A program made the position numbers and the translations under genes. Source: a virus (Duplodnaviria > Caudoviricetes). From it: a DNA stretch of 64,000 nt. Of the stretch, positions 10,359 through 19,903 are shown one piece after another; position 1 is the first letter of the stretch, and each line of letters begins with the position of its first letter. The notes beneath the pieces were generated by a model, which saw only the letters and a list, made by a program, of their open reading frames with translations, was not told the DNA's origin and did no database searches. Where the stretch lies: positions 1-64,000 of the IMG/VR virus record IMGVR_UViG_3300031260_000038, one strand, 5' to 3'.

Positions 10359-10512
10359 AAACCACGGTTAAAACCGTAGAATGATAGCCTAAAAAACAGC
10401 AGATACCGTAGGGCATACGGGAATATACGCTTGTGGAGAATTTGTAAGACCTACATAGTAGGCAACGTTCGTTGAAGCAAGAATCCACGGATTTATCCGT
10501 GTGGAGTGTCAA
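10359..10512 (+). mobile_element. non-autonomous IS200/IS605 mini-element (left-end hairpin plus omegaRNA right end, no ORF)
   Basis: Left hairpin ACGGTT-aa-AACCGT (10364-10377). The right part is near-identical to the right end of the TnpB element at 17852-17973 and ends GAGTGTCAA. Confidence 0.85.
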
Positions 10513-10539
10513 GGAAAGATACAAATAAGGAGATAATAA

Positions 10540-11163
10540 ATGCTAAAAACAATTATTACTATTTCAGGTCTTGCAAGAGCAGGGAAAGATACTTTTGCAG
10601 AACTTCTAAAGGAAGAATTTGTTTGTATGGGGCTAAAGTCGCTTCAAATTAATAATGGAGACTGGCTTAAAACTATTGCAAAAAGACTATATGGAGAGTA
10701 TAGCGAGCAGGATAAAGAAAATTATCGTAAAAACCTACAAGAACTAGGTACAGATATTGTAAGAGAAGTAAAAGAAGATTACTGGATAGAAACAACAATT
10801 AATGCGTTTAAGGTATTGACAAACGAGATAGATATTGGTATAATTGCAGATGCAAGATTTAAGAATGAAATTGTCGGTCTTAATAAATATTTTGATAATA
10901 TAGACGATGTTCAATTTTTCTCTATATATGTTAGAAGTAATAGACCATCATGCTTGTCTGAAGAAGCAAAGAAGCATAAAAGTGAACAATTGCTAGAAGA
11001 AATGTCGTTAGGAGAATTTAGTTTTTGTATAAATAATTTTTATGAAATAGATGAATTGAGGAAGGCGGCTAACTATGTGGCTAAATATATAGCTAAAGTT
11101 TGTTTTGATTATGATAATGAAGTGTCAGATGCTGATTGTGAGAATTACAGATGGAACGGATAG
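10540..11163 (+). CDS. deoxynucleoside monophosphate kinase
   Basis: ISGLARAGKDT P-loop, R..LQ.LGTD.VR, IADARFKNE, H.SE. Confidence 0.8.
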   Translation: MLKTIITISGLARAGKDTFAELLKEEFVCMGLKSLQINNGDWLKTIAKRLYGEYSEQDKENYRKNLQELGTDIVREVKEDYWIETTINAFKVLTNEIDIGIIADARFKNEIVGLNKYFDNIDDVQFFSIYVRSNRPSCLSEEAKKHKSEQLLEEMSLGEFSFCINNFYEIDELRKAANYVAKYIAKVCFDYDNEVSDADCENYRWNG

Positions 11164-11327
11164 AAAAAGCAGAACTCTTAGAGTTTTTAGGTCAATATAC
11201 TAATTTCGACCTGTATGGTCAATATCATATTGATGATAGTGTTGAGAACGCTGTACAAATAACTGAAAATGGCGTAAGAGTTATTAATGTTTACACAGGT
11301 AGAATAAAGGAGATAAATAGTGAATAA
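11151..11327 (+). CDS. hypothetical 58-aa protein (not in ORF track)
   Basis: MERIEKAELLEFLG...; overlaps both neighbours, filling the gap before dnaE. Confidence 0.5.
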   Translation: MERIEKAELLEFLGQYTNFDLYGQYHIDDSVENAVQITENGVRVINVYTGRIKEINSE

Positions 11328-14300
11328 ATTTACTAACCTACATCAACATAGTATGTATTCGCTGTTAGATGGAATGTCTAAACCAGAAGATATGATACAA
11401 AAAGCAAAAGAGCTGAATTATTCGGCTCTTTGTATTACTGACCACGGAGTATTGTTTAATGCTCCTGAAGTTTATCTTGCCTGTAAAGAAGAAGGTATAG
11501 ATTATATTTACGGCTGTGAACTTTATATCTGTGATGATAGATTTGTTAAAGATAATGACAATCGCTATAGTCATTTAGTCGTTTTAGCTCATAATGAAGA
11601 AGGTAGGGTCAATCTTAACAAGATAATCTCTGATTCTTATGAAAATGGGTTCTATTATAAGCCTAGAACTGATTTTGACTTCCTACAAGCTCATTCAGCG
11701 GGTTTGGTGGTCTTGTCAGCATGTATGGCAGGAGAAGTCAGCAGGGCGTTAGAAAGTGGCTCTGTAGCGCTTGCAGAAGGTATAGTATTGAAGTATAAAG
11801 CTGTATTCGGTGATAACTATTATCTTGAGGTACAATCTCACGATATGCCAGAACAGCATACGTTAAATAGGGCTATTGTTGATTTAGCTAATAGAACAAA
11901 TACTAAATATGTTATTACTACTGATGCTCACTATGTAAATAAATATGACAGCTATATTCACTCTCAGTTTGTACAAACAGCTAAAGATAATGATGATGGT
12001 GGAATCTATAAAGATTGTTATATGCAAGGTTATGATGATGTTATAAACATTTGTTCTGTTTCTTTAAGCAAGGAAGAAATTAGTCTTGCCTGTGAAACTA
12101 CAGAAGAGATTGTTCAAAAATGTGTTGGTGTTAGATTGCCTATTGCAGAAGCAGAAATACCTAGACCAAAATTGCCAGATGGCTTTACAGAAGAAATTGA
12201 TTATCTTAGAGATATTGTGTATAAATCTTTTTATGAAAAAGGTATAGACAAATATCCTAATAGTCAAGAATATATTGATAGAATTGAATATGAATTAGAT
12301 GCTTTACATAAAATGAATTATGACCGCTATCTTCTTAACATTAGAGAACAGTTTGAAGATTTTGATAAATTAGGATTAGCCAGAGGAAGCTCGGCTGGGT
12401 CTTGTGTTTGTTGGCTTTCAGGTATAACTAAGGTTGACCCTATTAAATACAACTGTATATTTGAAAGATTTATTGATGTGGGTCAGCTTAAACAACTAGA
12501 AGCAGGAGAAATAACAAAAGACAAGTTAAAGACACCAGATATTGACTCAGATGTGGCTACATCTATTAGACATGATGTTATTAGTAATTTAACAGCTAAA
12601 TATGGCGCTGATAGAGTTTGTGCCATCGGCACTATAGGATTATCTTGGGCTAAGTCTGCTATTAAAGATGTGGCAAGAATTGTTGGAATAGAAGCGACTG
12701 TTGCTAATGATATAACTAAAACTATTATATCTAAAGAATTAACACCAGAAGTTGTTAGAGATGAAATAAAGTCAGAATACAAAGAGCGCTATCCTAAAAT
12801 GTTTGAGATAGCGGAAAAAATTACAGGTGTAGCTAGAACTTTTGGCGTACATGCAAGTGGTAAAATAGTTTCTGATAAAGACTTGAATTACTATGCTCCA
12901 ACTGCTATACTTAATGGTGAAAAAACTATTATGTGTGATATGCACTCTGTAGATTTGCTTATGTTGTTGAAATCAGATGTACTAGGACTTAGAACACTAG
13001 ATGTTATATATGATGTTCTTGAAATGATTGGCAAAGATTATAATTATGTTGACCCTAATATTATTAATCTTAATGATGATAGTGTCTACAGTTTCTTTCA
13101 GCGGGGAGAAACAGATAATGTTTTTCAGTTTTCATCAGACTTCATGCGTAGTATTCTAAAAGAGATGAAGCCTAATAATATTGAAGATTTAACAGCGGCA
13201 AATGCTATGGGAAGACCCGGCCCTATGCAAAATATTCCTCACTATATTGACAGAAAACATGGCAGAGAAGATGTAACTTATCTACATAATGACCTAAAAG
13301 ATATATTATCAGAAACATATGGAATTATGTGTTATCAAGAACAAGTTATTGCTCTTGGCAGATATGCAGGACTTAAAAACCCAGATGACCTTAGAGTTGC
13401 TACGGCTAAGAAAAAGCCCGCTATGCTAGAAAAAGTAAAACCAGAACTTATAAATGGTCTTATGAAACATAGGTGGACAATAGAACAAGTAGAAACATTA
13501 TGGTCAGAGTTATTAGCATATGCTCAATATTCTTTTAACAGGTCGCACGCTATTAGTTATTCTCTTACCGCTTATCAAACAATGTTTTTACGTTGTTATC
13601 ACCCGATAGAGTTTTGGGCGGCATCACTTAATTCGGTAGAAGGAAAATCAGAAGATATTACACAATTTATTTCTTCTATGAAAAAAGACAATATCAAACT
13701 CATTATTCCAAGCTATAAAGATATATCATCTAAATGTTATGTAAAAGATGGTGCTGTTGTTATTGGAACTAATATTATTAAGGGTATGTCAAGCAGGATT
13801 GCTGAAGACTTGTTTTGGGCTAAAAAAATAGATGTTAGAAAAGACAATTTTATTGATTTTCTAATTTATAATGAAGAAGGGTTTAATGACAAAGAACATA
13901 TTAAAATAGGTAAAAAATCGCTTGAAACACTAATAAAGCTTGGCTATTTTGATTGTTCTGGTAGTAGGGCAGAGCTATTAGATTTATTAGATGTGTTTAA
14001 TAATGGCAAAGGGATTAAATATGATGCTAAACATAAACCCGCCACAAAAGAAAAGAGAGCTATTGAGCTTAATAAATATGCTAAAGAACAACAGCCGATT
14101 AAGCCAAGAGCATCAGAAGTATTAATGTGGGAACAGGAGTGTTTTGGTATTCCACTTAGTAGCTTCTCTGGTGTACCTAGAGATTTAGGCTATATATATA
14201 ATATTGATAAAAATATATACAGCGAAAAAACTGTATATAAAATAAGTGTGTATGGAATAGCGAGCGGCAATACACATATGGTTCAGTACAGCAAGCACAA

Positions 14301-14421
14301 CAGTCTTGCAGTAGGAGATATTATAAGACTTAATAAAGTAGTTACAAAGAGTTATAAAACAGGTAAAATGTACAAAACACCTATATTATATGCTTACGAT
14401 TTAGTACAAAAGTCATCTTGA
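11320..14421 (+). CDS. dnaE: DNA polymerase III alpha subunit (family C, PHP domain)
   Basis: HQHSMYSLLDG, TDHG, LSACMAGE, ARGSSAGS, PDIDSD, GVHASG, KSDVLGL, YSFNRSHA. Confidence 0.95.
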   Translation: MNKFTNLHQHSMYSLLDGMSKPEDMIQKAKELNYSALCITDHGVLFNAPEVYLACKEEGIDYIYGCELYICDDRFVKDNDNRYSHLVVLAHNEEGRVNLNKIISDSYENGFYYKPRTDFDFLQAHSAGLVVLSACMAGEVSRALESGSVALAEGIVLKYKAVFGDNYYLEVQSHDMPEQHTLNRAIVDLANRTNTKYVITTDAHYVNKYDSYIHSQFVQTAKDNDDGGIYKDCYMQGYDDVINICSVSLSKEEISLACETTEEIVQKCVGVRLPIAEAEIPRPKLPDGFTEEIDYLRDIVYKSFYEKGIDKYPNSQEYIDRIEYELDALHKMNYDRYLLNIREQFEDFDKLGLARGSSAGSCVCWLSGITKVDPIKYNCIFERFIDVGQLKQLEAGEITKDKLKTPDIDSDVATSIRHDVISNLTAKYGADRVCAIGTIGLSWAKSAIKDVARIVGIEATVANDITKTIISKELTPEVVRDEIKSEYKERYPKMFEIAEKITGVARTFGVHASGKIVSDKDLNYYAPTAILNGEKTIMCDMHSVDLLMLLKSDVLGLRTLDVIYDVLEMIGKDYNYVDPNIINLNDDSVYSFFQRGETDNVFQFSSDFMRSILKEMKPNNIEDLTAANAMGRPGPMQNIPHYIDRKHGREDVTYLHNDLKDILSETYGIMCYQEQVIALGRYAGLKNPDDLRVATAKKKPAMLEKVKPELINGLMKHRWTIEQVETLWSELLAYAQYSFNRSHAISYSLTAYQTMFLRCYHPIEFWAASLNSVEGKSEDITQFISSMKKDNIKLIIPSYKDISSKCYVKDGAVVIGTNIIKGMSSRIAEDLFWAKKIDVRKDNFIDFLIYNEEGFNDKEHIKIGKKSLETLIKLGYFDCSGSRAELLDLLDVFNNGKGIKYDAKHKPATKEKRAIELNKYAKEQQPIKPRASEVLMWEQECFGIPLSSFSGVPRDLGYIYNIDKNIYSEKTVYKISVYGIASGNTHMVQYSKHNSLAVGDIIRLNKVVTKSYKTGKMYKTPILYAYDLVQKSS

Positions 14422-14446
14422 CATTTTGTAATAAATATGCTATAAT
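14418..14446 (+). promoter_or_regulatory. consensus sigmaA promoter
   Basis: TTGACA-17-TATAAT with TG extension; the -35 overlaps the dnaE stop codon. Confidence 0.85.
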
Positions 14447-14476
14447 AAGGTATATCAGTTAAAGGAGAGAATAATT

Positions 14477-14626
14477 ATGGCTAAAAATTGTTGTATGTGC
14501 GGAGAAGAAATAGAAAGCGGGTGGAAATCAGGGTTTGAATACTTGTGTGAAAGCGAAGAGTGTATCAATGAGTGGTTTGTAATGGAATTTAGCAGATATG
14601 AAGCCGATGAAGATGAAGACGAATGA
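14477..14626 (+). CDS. small Cys-rich acidic protein (49 aa, not in ORF track)
   Basis: RBS AAGGAG; MAKNCCMCGEE...LCESEEC. Confidence 0.55.
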   Translation: MAKNCCMCGEEIESGWKSGFEYLCESEECINEWFVMEFSRYEADEDEDE

Positions 14627-14789
14627 TAAAACAGAAATGATTAATATGATTAAGAAATATTGTGAAAGCAAATTAGACCCTAATACAAAATATTTAGACG
14701 ATTATGAACTTGGTTTTGTTAAAGGCGAAGAATATGTGGCAGAAGAAATTCTTTGGATTATAGAACAGTTTGAAAAGGAGAATAATTAA
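14598..14789 (+). CDS. hypothetical protein
   Basis: ORF coupled to the downstream gene (TAATG); true start may be further downstream. Confidence 0.5.
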   Translation: MKPMKMKTNDKTEMINMIKKYCESKLDPNTKYLDDYELGFVKGEEYVAEEILWIIEQFEKENN

Positions 14790-15961
14790 TGTACGAATTT
14801 CAAAAGAAAGAACTAAAAAATATTTTTGATACTGGCACATATAATCTTTGTAAAGAGTGTAATGTAATTTTGGCAGGTGGAGCTATTACATCTATTTTTA
14901 CCGGAAAAGAAATAAATGATTTTGACCTATATTTTAGAACAAAAGAAGATTTATTAAAATTCTATGAAACTGTTACTGATGGAGAATATATTGTTAGTAG
15001 CACTGATAAGTCATTTACCTTTACAGTAAATAAAAAAATGTATCAGGTAATATATTTTGATTTGTTTCCTACAGTGCAAGATATATTTAACAGCTTTGAT
15101 TTTTCTGTATGCATGGGAGCTTATGATTTTTCAACAGAAGAATTTGTGTTAGATGAAGGATTTGTTACAGATAATATTTCAAGAAGCCTTGTTATTAAAG
15201 GCAAGACAACTTTTCCAGTTATTTCCCTGCTAAGAGTTGACAAGTATAAGAAAAAGGGATATAATATATCTAAGAAAGAAATGCTAAAACTTGCACTACA
15301 AGTTAGCGAGCTAAAGTTTAATAATTGGAATGAGTTTAAGCAACACTTCACAGGAATGTATGGTTCAACAATAGATGTTATCTTTAATGAAAAAGAAATT
15401 GGTGATTTCTCTATTGAAAAAGCATACGATGTTCTTGAAGATTTTGAAAACAATAGTGAAGCTGAAAGATGTGTTCCCTTTGGTTTAACTCTAACAGAAT
15501 TGTTATATAAAATTAGCAAAGAAAAGATTAAAGTGTTTTTATTTAAAGAAAGATATTATTTTTATAACGGCTATAAATTTGAAACAATAACAACAAATAA
15601 TATTGAAGAATTAGAAATGTTTGAAGTTGTAGATATTAAAGAAGTAATGCCAAAATACCTATACAAATATGTAAAGAAAACTGCTGATAATGGCAAATAT
15701 ATTTCCCGCTATTATAAAGACTTTGTGTATGAATCAAATAAAATAGTTAAAACTGATAATAGCAGAGGATTGTTTTTTACGACAAAAGAAAGTATAAAAT
15801 CATATAAAGATGTTATTTTTGATAGCAATGCAAATCAAACAGTTATAAAGGTTGCATATAATACAGACGATATTATTAATATTCATGCTTCAGAGATAAC
15901 CCTTAAAGAGTGTTATGTAATTGAAGAGGTTTTAAATGAAGAAATTAAAGATATTTATTGA
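14789..15961 (+). CDS. Pol-beta-superfamily nucleotidyltransferase-like protein
   Basis: LAGGAI...DFDLYF (GG/DxD) and FDFSVC motif as in CCA/poly(A)-polymerase head domains. Confidence 0.65.
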   Translation: MYEFQKKELKNIFDTGTYNLCKECNVILAGGAITSIFTGKEINDFDLYFRTKEDLLKFYETVTDGEYIVSSTDKSFTFTVNKKMYQVIYFDLFPTVQDIFNSFDFSVCMGAYDFSTEEFVLDEGFVTDNISRSLVIKGKTTFPVISLLRVDKYKKKGYNISKKEMLKLALQVSELKFNNWNEFKQHFTGMYGSTIDVIFNEKEIGDFSIEKAYDVLEDFENNSEAERCVPFGLTLTELLYKISKEKIKVFLFKERYYFYNGYKFETITTNNIEELEMFEVVDIKEVMPKYLYKYVKKTADNGKYISRYYKDFVYESNKIVKTDNSRGLFFTTKESIKSYKDVIFDSNANQTVIKVAYNTDDIINIHASEITLKECYVIEEVLNEEIKDIY

Positions 15962-16520
15962 TTTTGATGAAGTTATAGCCGACACTTCTCAAGCCATATG
16001 CGACTATTACAACAATAATTACTACCATAGAGAAGGGTTTCAAGAAGCTATAATAGAGAACATGATGGAATATGACTTTACAGACGCTTGCCCGCTAATG
16101 ACAAGGGCTGAAAGAATGTTTATGTTTGATAATCCTAAATTTTTCGGCTATCTTAAACCTAAAGACAATGTGCATTACGCTTTGAGAAACCCCTATTTTG
16201 AAAAGATACTTTGCACGACAGCCTCGCTAGAAAATACAAGGCTTAAAACCAAGTGGCTTAGAGAGTATGAAATACCAATAGATAATCATATATTCCTAAG
16301 TCATGGTGTGCCAAAGAGTGTGTTGAAAATGGAAAAAGACTCAGTGTTTGTTGACGACCATCATGATAACATAAATACTGTTTCAGCGGGCTTTAGAATA
16401 CCATTTGGCAGAAGAACCAACTGGAACAAAGATTGTAGCGACTACTATACATGGTGTCACGACATGATAGAATTAGATAAGGAGTTGTATAAAATAGCCG
16501 CCTATGAGAAAAACACTTGA
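15936..16520 (+). CDS. HAD-family 5'(3')-deoxyribonucleotidase
   Basis: IFIDFDEVIAD motif I, K..WL, FVDD motif IV. Confidence 0.8.
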   Translation: MKKLKIFIDFDEVIADTSQAICDYYNNNYYHREGFQEAIIENMMEYDFTDACPLMTRAERMFMFDNPKFFGYLKPKDNVHYALRNPYFEKILCTTASLENTRLKTKWLREYEIPIDNHIFLSHGVPKSVLKMEKDSVFVDDHHDNINTVSAGFRIPFGRRTNWNKDCSDYYTWCHDMIELDKELYKIAAYEKNT

Positions 16521-16698
16521 TTATTGTGTCTTGATAAATCCAACTGATAAAATGTCCGTGCTCTCGCTTGAAAAACAGCACTATAGCATAACTAAAGTTG
16601 AACAAACAAAGAAAGGATTTTATGTTTATGGACTAATAATGGAACATGAAGACGCTACTTGCAAAAAAGAATTTGAAAAAAGTAAAAGAAATTATTAG
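16504..16698 (+). CDS. hypothetical protein
   Basis: 64-aa ORF overlapping the upstream stop. Confidence 0.45.
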   Translation: MRKTLDYCVLINPTDKMSVLSLEKQHYSITKVEQTKKGFYVYGLIMEHEDATCKKEFEKSKRNY

Positions 16699-17973
16699 AA
16701 ACAAAGCCAACGTGGGCAGAGTTATGATTAAGTATAAAAAGAAAGGAGAGCATAGTGCGAAAAGGAATTAAGTTTAGAGCATATCCGAATAAAGAACAGC
16801 AAGACTTAATAAATCGTACATTTGGCAGTTGCAGACTTGTATATAATAAAGGACTTGCTATGAGAAAAGAAGCTTTTGCTAATGGTCAAAGCGTTGGCTA
16901 CAAGCAGACATCTTCTATGCTCACTTCACTGAAGCAGGAAGAAGAGTTCTCTTTTCTCAAAGAAGTTGATTCTATTGCATTGCAACAGTCGCTTCGAGAC
17001 TTAGACAGAAGTTTTAGTATTTTTTTCAAGAAACTTGCTAGATACCCAAAGTTTAAGAGTAAGCACAACAATCGTCAATCATACAGAACCATAAATCGAG
17101 GTAGCAACATACGCATTGCAGGAAGATATATTAAACTACCTAAGGTTGGATATCTAAAAATCAAACAGTCTATGAAAGTAGGTGTTATACACAACGTAAC
17201 AGTAGAGAGAACGCCAACAGGAAAATATTATGTTGTTCTAAATGTAGAATTTGAGCCAAAGATTTTTGAAAATAGTGGTGGGGTAATTGGTATTGATGTA
17301 GGCATTAAGGATTTTTACTCAGACAGCAATGGTAATACAGTATCTAATCCAAAATATCTTGAAAAATCAATGTATAAGCTGGTTCGTGAACAGCGTAGGT
17401 TATCACGAAAACAAAAGTGTTCAAACAATCGTAACAAACAGCGTATAAAAGTCGCTCTGGTTTACGAAAAAGTTGCTAATCAAAGAAATGATTTTTTACA
17501 AAAGCAATCAACTATATTGGTTCGTGAAAACCAAACAATCTGTATAGAAGATTTAAAGGTGAAAAACATGATGCGTAACCGCAAATTGGCACAGCATATT
17601 GGTTCTGTATCATGGGCTAAGTTTTTTGAAATGTTGGAATATAAGGCTTTGTGGTACGGTTGTAAGATTAAGAAAGTGCCGACAATGTACCCAAGTAGCC
17701 AAACTTGCAATTGCTGTGGTTATAAAAACCCGCTTGTGAAGAACTTGGCTGTGCGTGTATGGGAGTGTCCTAACTGTCACACAACACACGATAGAGATAC
17801 GAACGCAAGCATAAACATTTTGAACAAGGGGCTTGCTACTGCCTGAGAAATAGCAGATACCGTAGGGCATACGGAAATATACGCTTGTGGACACTATGTA
17901 AGACGAGTTGGCTTGCCTAAACGCAACAGTGGTTGAAGCAAGAATCTCACGACTTTAGCTGTGGGAGTGTCAA
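16699..17973 (+). mobile_element. IS200/IS605-family (IS1341-type, tnpB-only) element
   Basis: tnpB without tnpA; right end GGGAGTGTCAA after a subterminal hairpin; degenerate left end AAAGCCAACGTGGG (left boundary approximate). Confidence 0.8.
16755..17846 (+). CDS. tnpB: RNA-guided nuclease TnpB
   Basis: KFRAYPN HTH start; RuvC residues GIDVG, IEDL, DRDTNA; zinc finger CNCC...CPNC. Confidence 0.95.
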   Translation: MRKGIKFRAYPNKEQQDLINRTFGSCRLVYNKGLAMRKEAFANGQSVGYKQTSSMLTSLKQEEEFSFLKEVDSIALQQSLRDLDRSFSIFFKKLARYPKFKSKHNNRQSYRTINRGSNIRIAGRYIKLPKVGYLKIKQSMKVGVIHNVTVERTPTGKYYVVLNVEFEPKIFENSGGVIGIDVGIKDFYSDSNGNTVSNPKYLEKSMYKLVREQRRLSRKQKCSNNRNKQRIKVALVYEKVANQRNDFLQKQSTILVRENQTICIEDLKVKNMMRNRKLAQHIGSVSWAKFFEMLEYKALWYGCKIKKVPTMYPSSQTCNCCGYKNPLVKNLAVRVWECPNCHTTHDRDTNASINILNKGLATA

Positions 17974-17993
17974 TATAGATGACCACAAAGACA
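17847..17993 (+). ncRNA. predicted omegaRNA scaffold plus flank-derived guide
   Basis: Conserved right-end sequence shared with 10397-10512. By the established TnpB mechanism the guide is the ~16-20 nt after the right end (TATAGATGACCACAAAGACA). Scaffold 5' end unknown. Confidence 0.7.
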
Positions 17994-18135
17994 ATAAATA
18001 AATACTAATGCTAGAATAAAAATTGTCTTTGGTAGAGAAACAGACTGGAATAGCGGAATGACAGAAGGGAGAGATTATGATTTTTGGGCTGAAGATGGAA
18101 AAGACTTATATTTTTTCTTAAAAGGTCTAAAATAG
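17975..18135 (+). pseudogene. frameshifted 3' fragment of a second HAD nucleotidase allele
   Basis: IDDHKDN / (1-nt frameshift) INTNARIKIVFGRETDWN aligns to VDDHHDNINTVSAGFRIPFGRRTNWN of 15936-16520. Confidence 0.7.
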
Positions 18136-18139
18136 AAAA

Positions 18140-18388
18140 ATGTTAAGATATATTTATAAATTTAAGGTTGCGATAACACCAGATGTGTTTCTAAGGGCAA
18201 AAAACAATATTCCAGAAACAGTAACAAAAACAGAAATTAAAAATAATATTTTATTTATTTCAGGAACTTATTGCTGTTATCCAAATGAATCTAAAAAAAT
18301 ATTTGAAAACATAAAAAAAGATATACGTTCTTGGTTAGAGATACGAAGCATAAGATTAGTATATCTTATTGATAAAAGTTTGTATTAA
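18140..18388 (+). CDS. hypothetical protein
   Basis: 82-aa ORF in operon orientation. Confidence 0.45.
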   Translation: MLRYIYKFKVAITPDVFLRAKNNIPETVTKTEIKNNILFISGTYCCYPNESKKIFENIKKDIRSWLEIRSIRLVYLIDKSLY

Positions 18389-18821
18389 GGGGAAAAATAA
18401 TGTGAAAATAAATTATACTATTGATGAAAAAAACAGAAAAATTATAGGTGAATACACATCTAAAAATAATGTTAGATACCGAGCTACAGCAAAGTGTTTC
18501 GCTACAGATGAATATAGCGAAGATAATGGTAAAGATATTGTTAAAGCTAAAATAAAAATTAAACAACTTATTAGGTGTCATAATGAAGAATATAAGAGAA
18601 ATGAAAATTTAAGGGAACAATTAGAACGCTCTGAAAAGCGACTGATACGAATAGAAAGCCAATGGATAGAACATGTGGCAGAATTAATTAAGAAGGGAGT
18701 TTGTTGTGATATGAAGGATATTTGCCCTGAATGTGGTAGTACAGAATTTATTTATAATGATGATATAGCACTATATGTATGTGCTGTATGCGGTAAAGAG
18801 CTAAGTATATATATGCAGTAA
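18369..18821 (+). CDS. hypothetical protein with C-terminal zinc ribbon
   Basis: A.AKC...D.Y....G...K motif; CPECG...CAVCG at the C-terminus (may be a separately initiated peptide from an internal ATG with its own RBS). Confidence 0.55.
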   Translation: MIKVCIKGKNNVKINYTIDEKNRKIIGEYTSKNNVRYRATAKCFATDEYSEDNGKDIVKAKIKIKQLIRCHNEEYKRNENLREQLERSEKRLIRIESQWIEHVAELIKKGVCCDMKDICPECGSTEFIYNDDIALYVCAVCGKELSIYMQ

Positions 18822-18833
18822 GGAGAAATTATA

Positions 18834-19124
18834 ATGGATATTGGAGAAGCAGTAACAGCTATGAGATGTGGCTATAAAATAGCAAGAAAGGGTTGGAATA
18901 GCAAAGACCAATGGATTGCTCTAAATCCCAGTTCTGTAATAACTGTTAGTGAAGGCAGACCTTTGGCAAAAAATATAGCAGTAGGAACAAAAGTAAAATT
19001 TCAAGAATATGTTATTATGAAAACTGTTCAGAACACTATTGTTCCGTGGCTATGCAGTCAAACAGACTTATTAGCAAATGATTGGATTGTGGTAGGAGAA
19101 GGAGCGGAAGAAATTGACAATTGA
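18834..19124 (+). CDS. DUF2829 / Tad2-like Thoeris anti-defence protein
   Basis: GEA...G.KIARKGWN...Y..MKT....VPWL.SQTD.LA.DW family pattern. Confidence 0.8.
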   Translation: MDIGEAVTAMRCGYKIARKGWNSKDQWIALNPSSVITVSEGRPLAKNIAVGTKVKFQEYVIMKTVQNTIVPWLCSQTDLLANDWIVVGEGAEEIDN

Positions 19125-19903
19125 ACAATGGCTAGGGGAAAATAACAAAATAGGAATTGATATTTGGAAACAAAAATATCAACAAAACAATGAAAGTTTT
19201 GAAGAGTGGCTTGACAGGATAAGTAATGGAAATAAAGAAATTAGACAGCTAATAAAAGACAAAAAATTTCTTTTTGGTGGCAGAATATTGTCTAATCGTG
19301 GTATGCAAAATCAAGGTAAAAAGGTAACTTATAGCAACTGTTTCTTTTTAGGAGAAGTTGAAGATACTCTTGAAGATATTTTTGATATAGCAGGGAAAAT
19401 GGCAAGAACATATTCTATGGGTGGTGGCTGTGGAATAAATTTAGGAAAATTAAGACCAAATGGTAGTGAAGTTAATAATAATGCCAAATATTCTACTGGT
19501 GTAATACCATTTATGGATATGTATAGTAAAATTACTGAAACTATTGGTCAATCAAATCGTCGGGGTGCACTTATGATTACATTGCCTGTAGACCACCCTG
19601 ATATAGAAGAATTTATATCTTGCAAGGCAAATTTGGATAAAGTTTTAAAAGCAAATATTTCAGTTTTTGTAACTGATGAATTTATGAAAGCAGTAGAAAA
19701 TGACGAAAATTTTATTTTAAAATTCTTGGTAGAGCAAACAGGAGAAAAAATAGAAAAAACTATTAGAGCAAAAGAATTGTTTTATGAAATTGCTTATCAA
19801 GCTTGGGATAATGCAGAACCAGGCATTCTTTATAAAGGAGCAATAGATAAATATAATTTAATGAGTAATGTGCCAGAATATAAAATTGGTGGCACTAATC
19901 CGT
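19114..19903 (+). CDS. nrdJ: class II (B12-dependent) ribonucleotide reductase, exon 1
   Basis: FLFGGRIL, TYSNCF, GGGCG, RRGALM, EPG, ends GTNP plus the first base of the Cys codon. Confidence 0.9.

Noticed and set aside
11320-14421. Possible intein or intron in dnaE
   Set aside because: The ORF is continuous at 1033 aa, and no intein splice motifs or LAGLIDADG blocks were seen.
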